Below are positions 12,410 to 23,792 of a DNA stretch of 64,000 bases, in pieces. A program made the position numbers and the translations under genes. Source of the DNA: Octopus sinensis (taxonomy: Eukaryota); assembly GCF_006345805.1 (NCBI RefSeq), contig NC_042999.1:45818001-45882000 (forward strand), read 5' to 3'. The first letter of the stretch is position 1. Each line of letters opens with the position of its first letter. The notes under the pieces are model-generated. The model worked only from the letters and a program-made list of their open reading frames with translations. It was not told the DNA's origin and ran no database searches.

Positions 12410-12800
12410 GTAGTCATGGCTGTGTGGTTAAGAAGCTTGCGTCATGACGAGATGGCTTTGAGCTCAATCTCACTGCTTGGCACCTTAGGCAGATATCTTC
12501 TACTGTAGCATGAAACTGACCAATACCTTGTGAGTGGACTTGGTAGATGGAAACTGTGTGGAAGCCCATCATACAAATTGTGTGTGTGTGTGTCTTTGTG
12601 TTTATGTTTATCTTGCACTAACTCTTGACAACTACTGTTAGTTTGTTTGTGTCCCTGTACCTTAGCAGTTCAGCAAAAAAAAAAGAAAACAGAAATAAAC
12701 AAATAGAAAAATAGCGAACTTATAAAATATGTAACTCAGGTCGTTTGACTAAATCCTTCAAACTGGTACCCCAGCATGGCCAAAGTCTAATAGCTGAAAC
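12410..12800 (+). mobile_element. Family B SINE, full length
   Basis: catggctgtgtggttaagaagcttgc head, gcaccttaggcagatatcttctact core, tail ctggtaccccagcatggcc...gctgaaac. Confidence 0.85.
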
Positions 12801-13311
12801 AATTACAAAATGAAAAAAACAAAACAATCAAGTGCGTGAGGTAGAACAATTTTCCCCACTTTAAAGAAAAAAAAAAACCAAAAATCTAAAATGAAGAAAT
12901 AAAAAATAACAAAGAGGAAGAGGGGGACAAAGAATTGAAATTCACTGTCCACCAAAAATCAAACAGACAACTTATCGATAAAATCACACATTTGTGGTGC
13001 CATAGATTTTTTCCAATGAAGTAAAAATAGCACAGGGGCAATTAGGCTTGAAATATAGACAACATGCAAAAGACAGATTTGTTAGTAAAAATAAAACGAA
13101 GATGCTATAACAAGCTGAAAATCTTATGTTGAAGATTTTGATGATTTTTTTTTTCTCCTCAATTGACTTCAAAAATTGCTAACTGATGTCTTTGGGTGCT
13201 TGTGGCAACAATAAATAAAATGGCTGGCAGAGACAGGGGAGCGTAAAACCCAACCTAATTAGAAATTTATTTCATTTTTTTTATTTCCTTGAATTATTAT
13301 TTTCAACATCA

Positions 13312-13500
13312 TTATCATCATCACTTAATATCTATTTTCCATGCTGGCATGGGTTCGAATGGTTTGACAGAAGCTGGGAAGGCCTTGGGCCATACCAAGT
13401 TCCAATGTCTGTTTTGGCATGGCTTCTACGGCTGGCTGCCCTTCCTGATACCAACCAACTACTTTACAAAGTGTACTGAGTGCTTTTTACATGGCACCAG
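13312..13500 (-). mobile_element. RTE 3'-UTR fragment (family D); further copies at 14635-14785 (-), 15608-15910 (+), 17728-18075 (+), 63551-63828 (+)
   Basis: ccatgct(a/g)gcatgggtt...gctggatgcccttcctaacgccaacc motif with (cat/gat)n tail, same layout as the 3' end of the RTE at 28308. Confidence 0.85.
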
Positions 13501-13566
13501 CATCTTATACGTATATACATATATATAATTATAATTCCTCACTAATTACCAACATATATATGTATG

Positions 13567-13599
<33 letters not shown>

Positions 13600-13671
13600 A
13601 TATATATGTATGTGTATATGTATGTATATATATATGTATGTGTATATGTATGTATATATATATGTATGTGT

Positions 13672-13712
<41 letters not shown>

Positions 13713-13822
13713 TATGTATGTGTATATATATATGTATGTATATATATATATATATATAATATGTATGTGTATATTTATATATACGTATGTGTATATATAT
13801 ATATATGTGTGTATATATAATG
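13490..13822. repeat. (TA)n/(TATG)n microsatellite block
   Basis: Direct reading. Confidence 0.97.
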
Positions 13823-14295
13823 AGTAAATATTTAAAAGCGAATATTTATGAAAATATTATTGTTATTACTATCTATGGTAAATATAAATTGATAATAACA
13901 ACAACAATAATATAGGTAGCTGCGGGTTTTAAATAGCATTAGATAGCTATACAATTAAAATCTATATTTATCATAAGGGCACACAAAGCGCCTGCCTGCT
14001 AGAAAGTGGAGTTAAAACTCTCAACTTAACCACCAATGACTCTAAAATATTCAACAGATATCAACAGTAGTCAGGCAAAGGAGCAAAAAATTTTTTGATA
14101 TACCATCACAGCTAAATGCTACATATTTTGGTATTTGGATATACTTGTATTATGATTTCGAGTTTTGGTGAAAATCCTTAACTCTCTTCAGCAAGTCTTA
14201 CCAAGTGAAAAATTCAACTCATCACATTGAAGTCTGCTGGCATTCTGAATTGTTTTGTGCACTCACACATATACATATACTTATATATATATATA

Positions 14296-14518
14296 TATAA
14301 ATTAGAGAAACCACTATTATGCAATTCAAATAATGATAGTAATAAACCAAATCATACGTAGTTTTGTTTTACTTATTATATATTAATTATTCATTTTTAT
14401 ACTTTTTGTGATCCAGTTATATGTTTTAAAAAAAATATATATTTTATTTTTTATTTATGATTTGGTTTATGTCTATCATTATTTGAATTGCATAATAGTG
14501 GTTTTTCTCTAATTTATA
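14296..14518. mobile_element. MITE with ~65-bp TIRs in TA context
   Basis: tataaattagagaaaccactattatgcaattcaaataatgatag...taaaccaaatcata is mirrored at the right end by tatgatttggtttatgtctatcattatttgaattgcataatagtggtttttctctaatttata. Confidence 0.85.
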
Positions 14519-14829
14519 TATGATATTGTTAAATTTGATTTGAATTTTTCCCTGTAAGTTTGGAGTTATACTCCCTAATATTATTATTATTATATATATG
14601 TGTGTGTGTGTGTGTGGTGTGTGTGTGTGTGTATCTCATCATCATCATTTAACATCTGCTTTCTATGCTGGCATGGTTTTGACGGCTTGACATGAACTGG
14701 CAAGGTCGGGGTGGCTACACCAGGTTCCATATTCCTAATTTAGCTTGGTTTCTACAGCTGGATGTCCTTCCTAACACCAACCTCAGTTTTCCTACCCTTA
14801 TCTTTGTATAACTTATCAGTCAGCATGGG

Positions 14830-15245
14830 CATGGCTGTGTGGTAAAAAGCTAGCTTCCCAACTTCATGGTTCTGTGTTCAATTCCACTGTATGGAATCTT
14901 GGGCAAGTGTCTTCTGTTACAGCCTCGGGCTGACCAAAAGCTTTGTGAGTGGATTTGGTAGCTGGAAACTGAAAAAGGCCATTCATATATGTTTGTATGT
15001 GTGTATGTGTGTGTGTGCATGGGATACTGTCTTCTTGCCTTGACATTATGTAATAGTTATAAACAAATGGCTCTGTCATGCAAATTGTGTACTTTATTCC
15101 CAACCTTCCATAAAAACATATTTGGTCAAGGAAAATATTGCCCTAATTGGAAATGGATAGGAGGGGCATCCAGCTGTAGAAAATCTTCCTCAACAAATTC
15201 CATTTAACCTGTTGAAGCATGGGAAAGTGGGGTTAAAATGATGAT
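14830..15245 (+). mobile_element. Family B SINE variant with RTE-like 3' tail
   Basis: Family B head and core, then ggcatccagctgtagaaaatc...gcatgggaaagtggggttaaa(atg)n, matching the family D terminus. Confidence 0.75.
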
Positions 15246-15349
15246 GATTGTGATGATGATGATGATGATGATCTGTCCTTACCCCACACATTTACTTTGT
15301 AAAACCTCCTCGTTAATGTCTTTTCATTTATTTCATATATCTCTTGAAG

Positions 15350-15558
15350 CTCGTATGGCTTGGTGGCAAGCTGACAGACAAAATATTTCCATCTGCTGTA
15401 CATTCTGAGTTCAAATGTTACTGAGGCTGACTTTGCCTTTTATTCTTTTGGGGGTGAGAAAATATGCACCAGTGGAGCCCTGGGATCAATGTAGTGAACT
15501 TACTCCCCCACTAAAATTGCTGGCCTTGTGCCAAAATTTGAAACCATTATTATTATTG

Positions 15559-15604
<46 letters not shown>

Positions 15605-15605
15605 C
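15350..15605 (+). mobile_element. Family A SINE with (ATT)n tail; similar copy at 16375-16585
   Basis: gagttcaaat...gactttgcctttt and ccccactaaaattgctggccttgtgccaaaatttgaaacc(att)n. Confidence 0.85.
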
Positions 15606-17378
15606 CGAACGTGGCCGTAGCCAGTACCGCATCGACTGGCCTCCATGCTGGTGGCACGTAACAAACACCATCTGATCGTGGCCGTGCCAGCGTCGCCTAG
15701 TCTCCGTGCCGGTGGCACATAACAAACACCATCTGATCGCACCCACTACACTCATGGACTGGTTGGCGTTAGGAAGGGCATCCAGCTGTAGAAACACTGA
15801 CAGATCTGACTGGCCTGGTGCAGCCTTCGGGCTTCCCAGACCCCAGTTGAACCATCCAACCCATGCTAGCATGGAAAGCGGACATTAAACGATGATGATG
15901 ATGATGATGATTATTATTATTATTATTATTATTACTATTCAGCTGATGTTGACTTTGTTTCCATCTATCCAGAGCTGATACAGAAAGTACCAGTCTGATA
16001 GGCTGATAGTTTCTTTACTGGAGTAAATTAAATTGATTACTCCTCTCTCCCAAATCTGTGGTCTTGTGCCAGATTACACATCATTATTATTTCTGTCATT
16101 ATTTAAATAGAAAGTGGCTGATGAAAATCTTTATTGTATCTGTTTGGCCGCTCAAAGTTTGTATTCAGATTCCATTTTAGTGAAGTTTGTTTTGAATCCC
16201 CTTTTCCTAGTTTTAATAAAAATAAGCAGCTATAATTTATTATCATTCTATTTTCTTTTACTAAATGGCCATTCAGCAATTAAAAAGAAATTACTGTTAT
16301 TGCTATTGTTTTTGTATGAGGGCTTGTGGTTATATGTAAAAAAATAATCTTTGTTATCACTTAATGATATAAGGATAGTGAGCTGGAAGAATTGTTAGTA
16401 TGCTGGGTGAAATGCTATCATCTGTATTCACATTCTGGGTTCAAATTCTGTTGAGATTGGCAGTTAACCTTTCATCCTTTCAGTGTTGATAAAATAAGTA
16501 CAAATTTAGTACTGGGGTCGATGTAATCAGCTTACACTCTCCCCCAAAATTGCTGGCCTTGTGCCAAAATTTGAAACCATTATTATTTGATATTTGTGTA
16601 TGTATGTATGTGTGTGTGTGTGTGTGTGTGTGCATGTGTGTGTCCATGTGTCTTTACATTTGTACAGCTTTGGCAATGATGACATTTGCTTACTTCCCCC
16701 GTGTATTATGTCCAGCACCTTTGTGGCTTGATGTATGAATTTCAGTAATAAGTTACCTTATTGAAAACAAGTAAGAATTTGTGTCAGGAAGAACATTTAG
16801 CTGGTCATAGAATATCGTTTCCATCCGATAACTGCCTGGAAAAAGTGGACATGAACACGATCATAATGATAATAATTCTTTTGCGAACTGAAATAATACC
16901 TAGAACTACTTTTAGGAAATTTGTAGCGGTCTAATTTCCTCAGGTAGTCAGGCAAACTTTATGCAGTTAAGTAAACCAGGTTCATATCACCATATCTAAA
17001 ATGGATCATAATGCTTGGCACATAATGGCTGGCTTGGTTTATGATACTAATAAAAAAAACTCTACTAGCCTATGCACATAGGATTTCATCCTAATTACCT
17101 CAATCCTCAGCTTTGGTCAGTTGTAAAGATGTCAATACCATTGAGTAGTCATAAATATTCATTACATGTTGGTTTTGTGTTAGCTATCATTTTAAGCTAT
17201 TACTGGGCCAACTCATAAACTTACAAATTGATTTGATAGACAGGAATTAAAAGAAACTCTTTGTATATGTTTGTAAGAATGTATGTATATATGTATGATA
17301 TATATTATATAATGAAATATTATTTGCAGAGGCTAGTACAACTTTTTGCTGGTAACATAAATCAACCCTGTCATCATG

Positions 17379-17423
<45 letters not shown>

Positions 17424-17504
17424 GGAATTGCACAATCAATCTATTAACTGTAGAAAGCGGGATCCCAAGGTTTTCTGTGATTATACAGTATGTCCACCTA
17501 AATG

Positions 17505-17616
17505 ATTTGAGGTGCAATTAAGAAGTATAAAAATCATTATTATGTGTCAGTTTAGACTATATGGACTATATTGCTCATAATAATGATTTTTTATACTTCT
17601 TAATTCCACCTCAAAT
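17505..17616. mobile_element. Small MITE (~40-bp TIRs)
   Basis: atttgaggtgcaattaagaagtataaaaatcattattatg versus cataataatgattttttatacttcttaattccacctcaaat. Confidence 0.8.
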
Positions 17617-18106
17617 CCTTTATTTGTATGTATATATCTTAATTTTTATAAAAAAAAGCCCTTACTTTGATACCTTGTGTGCATTTTCTTTGTTTCTTTT
17701 TTACTTTCCCCTTATATATATATATATTGGAGTGTGATTGTTGCCAGAGCAGCAAACTGGCTTCCGTTCTGGTGGCATGTAGAAAGCACCATTCGAGCAT
17801 GATTGTTACCAGCGTCGCCTTACTGGCACTTGTGCTGGTGGCACGTGAAAAAACATTCAAACGAGCTCGTTGCCAGTGCCAGTTGCCGGTGGCATGTAAA
17901 AGCACCCCCTACACTATCGAAGTGGTTGGCATTAGGAAGGGCATCCAGCTGTAGAAACTCTGCCAGATCAGATTGGAGCCTGGTGCAGCCATCTGGTCTG
18001 CCAGTCCTCAGTCAAATCGTCCAACCCATGCTAGCATGGAAAGCAGACGTTAAACGACGACGACGACAATGATGATATACATATACATATGCATATACAT
18101 ATATAT

Positions 18107-18151
<45 letters not shown>

Positions 18152-18152
18152 C

Positions 18153-18284
18153 AGAAATTAGGATGGTAAAGGAATAAACGATTATGCTATAAACTTCATT
18201 AGCTTACAGCTGTTTCTGCAGAAATAGCTGTAAGCTGATGAAGTTCATAACAAAATTGTTTATTCCTTTGTCATCCTAATTTCT
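18153..18284. repeat. Loopless ~132-bp palindrome (foldback element)
   Basis: agaaattaggatggtaaaggaataaac...agcttacagctgtttctg|cagaaatagctgtaagct...gtttattcctttgtcatcctaatttct, next to (TA)n. Confidence 0.88.
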
Positions 18285-19850
18285 TGTCACTACTCTTTAC
18301 TTGACCAATGCTTCATTCTGATGCAAATGTACACTGAGCATATTAGTGTTGCAATACCTAAGTGAAATATTAAAATATGTATTTATTTATGTGTGTTTTT
18401 GTGCTTGAGTTCACATTTCCTTCATTTGCATATCTTCACTTGCTGATAGTTAACAGTGGCTTTAGTCACAGTGTCAATTGCTTGCAGTTCACCATGAAGT
18501 TATATCTGGGTTTCTTGATGTCTTGACATCTTGTGTGATCTTTGTAAACTTAAAAAGCTCATTCAGTTGGTGTCATTTGTTTCCAGTTCTCAACCTAAGC
18601 ATGTCTGGACTTTTGGCATTTGATAGCCTTGGAGATTATTACTCCCTTTGGAAGCATGTAGGGGCTGATGGCAGGATAACCATCCATTTGAGAAAAAATT
18701 CTGTCCTAGTAATCTACCACCTGACCCATGGAAAAGTAGATATTAAAGTGATGTTTTTGATGATGATGGTGATGATTTTGAGTGAAAGAAACTGGTTTTC
18801 TTCTGTTGCAGCTGTTAATACTTAAATGAATATAATTAAGAATTTGTATAGTCATGTCATTGGAGAGTTTGAATTTGTTACATTAAGTTTGTTATACCTG
18901 ATAACAAACTGAAGCTACTTATATAAAAGTGACATTAGTGTTATTGTTGTAGTTGTTGTTGTTGTTGTTGTCAGTGGTGGTACATGTGGTGGTTATGGTG
19001 GCGGGGAGAATTGTTGATAAAGATAAATGCACATATCATCACTTTCTTGGAAAAAAAAATGTGTATTTGTACAGTTAAGTGTGGAGTGATAGGAGAAAAA
19101 TGATAAAATAAAATAAATATTAGCAGTTTCTTGAGTTTTGGGTTTTTTATTTCAGTTTGTGTTGTATTGAAATATTGTTTGTGTTACCTCTGTGACAAAT
19201 AATGAAACAACTCGTTTATATTTTTATATTCCTTGAAAGCTAGAAGAAACCAGAAATGATTATTTTATAAAAAATTCTTGCTTTAGGAAACATCAGTCCA
19301 TAACCTTGACAGCTTCTTGTCAATGTAGAAGTGTGTTAAATCAAAACTGAACTTTCTGTTATATGACAAAAATATATCTTTATATTATTTTCGTGATAGC
19401 AAATTTTTTTTTTTTTTTTCACCCTGCTAGCACTGGAAAGTGATTTTGTTTATGCTTTTGCAAAAATAACTTGAATGGTAAATTTGGTATCTAGGTTAGA
19501 TGTCAAAAAAGTAGGTAACTAAATAAAAAAATATTAAGTACTGGGGTTGATCATTCAACAAGGCTGTACCCCAGCATGGCCACAGTCTAATGACTAAAAC
19601 AAGTAAACGATAAAAGACAAGCAATATTATTTTTAGCTTTATTTAATTCATAGTAATGGGTCCATTGTTTTCTCATCTTTGAATTACAAGCATTTGATAT
19701 TTGCACCGATATGACTCAATAATTAAATGACCCTAGCTTTTTTTTTACAGCTCAGAGTTTAAACTCATGAATGTTGTTGCTTTTACAATTTACTCAAACG
19801 TATCTTGTCCCTAAATAATAATAATAATAATGATAATAATAATAATAATA

Positions 19851-19900
<50 letters not shown>

Positions 19901-19901
<1 letters not shown>

Positions 19902-20455
19902 GCCCTGATGCAGTACCAGGCAGTGGCTCTCATGGCTTCTGATCTTAACTGATTGGAAGTGTTATCATGTACATTGTTTTGTCTTGGTATAAAAGATGGG
20001 CTACAGCAAATATTCTGCTCAATACCACAGATTTGCTTGTCAGTTGTTTGACCTTAACCAGTTGAGCATGTCCCTTAGTGGCTGACGATATGTGCATCTC
20101 TGATCATGAGCAGAAGTAGTGGGGGAGCATCATAGCCATGTGTTGAGAGGGATTCTTTGGGGTTTGAATAGTTCACCTCTGGAAACATGGGTGGTTCTTT
20201 CAACATCCTTAAACAACCCTTATTCAGGGACCGTTTGAGCGGGATGGGCTACTCAACCTGAAGAAAATTCTAACTGGGCCCCACCTGCAAGGTCATGTGC
20301 TGTTTATCTTGATATGAGATCACCATGTCGCGCACATATGGTTGTGATGCATGTGCCTGGTGTACCTTTATCAGACGGGTAGTCATGATGGGTATATTGG
20401 GCTTCGTATATTTTACCCCAGTGTCACTTTGATGGCATGAACTGCTCTCTCACTC
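19901..20455 (+). mobile_element. 555-bp non-coding interspersed element (family E) embedded in (AAT)n
   Basis: Highly similar inverted copy at 61240-61794 and a 5' partial copy at 20872-20978. All start at (a)tgccctgatgcagtaccaggcagtggctctc. The full copies end ctctctcactc(aat)n. Confidence 0.88.
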
Positions 20456-20514
20456 AATAATAATAATAATAATAATGATATGATGATGATGATAATGATG
20501 ATAATAATAACAAT

Positions 20515-20726
20515 CCTATCTTCTATAGGCATGAGGCCTGAAATTTGTGGGGAAGGGACTAGTCAATTACATCAACCCCAGTGTTTCACTGGTACTTAAT
20601 TTATCAACCCTGAAAGGATGAAAGGCAAAGCTGACCTCAGTGAAATTTGAACTCAGAATGTAGTGACAGATGAAATATTGCTAAGCATTTTGCCTGGTTT
20701 GCTAACAATTCTGCCAGCTCACTGCC

Positions 20727-20759
<33 letters not shown>

Positions 20760-21572
20760 TTAGTAATAATAATGATAATAATAATAGTAATAATAATAAT
20801 CATAATAATAGTAATAATAATAATATAATAATAATAATAGTAATAATAATAATAATAATAATAAAAAATAATACCCTGAAGCAGTACCAGGCAGTGGCTC
20901 TCGTGGTTTCTCATCTTAACTGACTGGATGTGTTATCATGTACATTATTTTGTCTTGTTATTAAAGATGAGCTACAGCGATTTAGCGACCCTGAAAGGAT
21001 GAAAGGCAAAGCTGACCTTGGTGGAATTTGAATGCAGAACGTAGCATCGGGTGAAATACTGCTAAACATCTTGCCCAACATGCTAACAATTCTGCCAGCT
21101 CACTGCATTAATGATGATAATAATAATAATCCTTTCTACAAAAGGCACCAGGCTTGAAATTCGGGAGAGGGGAATAGTGGACCACATTGACCCCAGTACA
21201 TGACTGATACTTAATTAATCAACGCTGAAAGAATGCAAAGCAAAGTCAACCTTGGTAGCATTTCAGCTCAGAATGTAAAGACAGATGGAATGCTGCTAAA
21301 CATTTCACTCAGCATGCTAACGATTCTGCCAGCTTGCCGCCTTAATAATGGTAATTATGGTTTCAAATTTTGCCAGAAGAGCAGCAGTTTTGGGGGAGGG
21401 GATGAGTCAGTTACATTGACCCCAATGTTCAACTGGTATTTATTTTATTGATCCTGAAAGGATGAAAGGCAAAGTTGACCGTAGCAGAATTTGAACTCAG
21501 AATATAGTGATGGGCAAAATACCGCAAAGTATTTTGTTCAGTATACTAACAATTCTACCAGATTGCTACCTT
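20515..21572 (-). mobile_element. Train of four family A SINEs separated by (AAT)n
   Basis: Copies at ~20515-20728, 20990-21108, 21130-21345 and 21355-21572, all on the minus strand. Confidence 0.88.
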
Positions 21573-21588
21573 CATAATAATAATGATG

Positions 21589-21632
<44 letters not shown>

Positions 21633-21641
21633 AATAATAAT

Positions 21642-21672
<31 letters not shown>

Positions 21673-21689
21673 TGATAATAATAATGATA

Positions 21690-22082
21690 ATACTCTTTTA
21701 CTCTTTTACTTGTTTCAGTCATTTGACTGTGGCCATGCTGGAGCACCGCCTTTAGTTGAGCAAATCGATTCCAGGACTTATTCTTTGGTCTCTTTTGCCG
21801 AACCGCTAAGTTACGGTGATGTAAACACACCAGCATCGGTTGTCAAGTGATGTTGTGGGAACAAACACAAACATACACACACACACACACACAAATATAT
21901 ATATATATACACACATATATATGATGGGCTTCTTTCAGTTTCCGTCTACCAAATCCACTCACAAGGCTTTGGTTAGCCTGTGGCTATAGTAGAAGACACT
22001 TGCCCAAGATGCCACGCAGTGGGACTGAATGCAGAACCATGTGGTTGGTAAACAAGCTACTTACCTCACAGATACTCCTACG
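21690..22082 (-). mobile_element. Family B SINE, full length
   Basis: tactcttttacttgtttcagtcatttgactgtggccatgctggagcacc...agaagacacttgcccaagatgccacgcagtgggactgaa. Confidence 0.92.
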
Positions 22083-22524
22083 CCTATAATAATAATAATA
22101 ATAATGATGATGATGATGATATGATGATTTCTTTTATTTGCCACCAGGGTGATGGATGAGGATAATAATCGATAAAAAAAGAAGTGCATGATATGATTGT
22201 AATAGAGATTGACTCTGTCTACTGAATTGAATGATATTTCAAAATGCAAACTGAAAAAATATGTGGAATTACAGAAATTCCAAATTTGAACTAGAATATC
22301 CTGCCTTCCTTTTTTAGACAAAAGTGATGTCGTTATTTTTCACTTTTTCATTTTGAATTTGAGAAAGACAAACATACTGTTGAAATATCTGTTCAATTCA
22401 ATAAAGTCCTTCTCTATTTATTACAAATTGTATTGAGCTCGTCTTACTGTGTGTTTACCTTGTGAAGAATTGCATCAATCTTCATAAATTAATAATGATG
22501 ATAATAGTAACCACAACAACAATA

Positions 22525-23502
22525 CTCCTTTCTAGTATAGGCACAAGGCATGAAATTTTGGTGGAGGGGACCAGTCAATTAGCTTGATCCCAGTATGCAA
22601 CTGGTACTTAATTCATTGACCCTGAAAGGATGAAAGGCAATGTCAAACTTATTTCTTTACTGCCCACAAGGGGCTACACACAGGGGATAAACACAGACAA
22701 ACGGATTAAGTCGATTATATTGACCCCAGTGCGTAACTGGTACTTATTTAATCGACCCCGAAAGGAGGAAAGGCAAAGTCAACCTTGGCAGAATTTGAAC
22801 TCAGAACGTAGTGGCAGATGAAATACTGCTAAGCATTTTGCCTGGTGTCCTAATGATTCTGGCAGCTCGCCACCGTCAACAACAACAATAAAAATAATGA
22901 TAATAATTCTTTCTACTAATGAAACAAGGTCTGAGATTTGAGTGAGGGAACTAGTGAATTAGATCAACCCCAGTGTTTTGCTGATGCTTAATTTATTAGC
23001 ACTTGAAAGGCTGAAAGGCAAAGTTGACCTCGGCGAAATTTGAGCTCAGAACCTAGTGACAGGCGAAATACTGCTAAGCATTTTGTCTAGCATGCTAACG
23101 ATTCTGCCAGCTCACTTCCTTAAGAATAATAATTATAATAATAATGGTTTCAAATTTTGGCACAAGACCAGTTATTTCTGGGGAGTGAGGGTGGTAAGAC
23201 GATTACATGAACTCCATTTATCAACTGGTACTTATTTTATCAAACTTGAAAGGATGAAGGGCAATAATAATAATAATGGTTTCAAATTTTGCCACAAGGT
23301 CAGCAGTTTTTGGGGAGGGTATGAGTTGATTACATCGACCCCCCCCCTCCCCCCAGTGTTCAACTGGTACTTATTTCATTGGCTCCGAAAGGATGAACGG
23401 TAAAGTACATCTTGGCGGAATTTGAATTGAGAACATAAAGACAGACGAAATGCTGCTAAGTATTTTCCCTGGTAAGCTAATGATTCTGCCAGCTCACTGC
23501 CC
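22525..23502 (-). mobile_element. Train of about five family A SINEs (some truncated)
   Basis: Repeated gaaaggatgaa(a)ggc...gaatttga(a/g)ctcagaac...ctgccagctc blocks, all minus strand, with (aat)n/(aac)n spacers. Confidence 0.88.
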
Positions 23503-23635
23503 TTAGAATTATATTGATAATAATAATTATTATGATTTCATTTATTTTTCACCAAGATGAAGGATATGGGGGACAGTGCAAAATAGACATAAAGTCTAGG
23601 GATTTACATATATATTGAAATGGTAAAATAAATAG

Positions 23636-23679
<44 letters not shown>

Positions 23680-23792
23680 ATAAGTATATACAGTAGACAG
23701 TGAAAAGGCAGGGAAATATACATAGTATACAATGATGGTTAACTAAAAAAAAGTTGGGGGGATGATAGAGATGTAGTAACAATAGCAACTTA

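Noticed and set aside
20515-23502. Repeat-spacer appearance suggesting a CRISPR array
   Set aside because: Eukaryotic SINE trains with ~200-bp units and microsatellite spacers; no cas genes.
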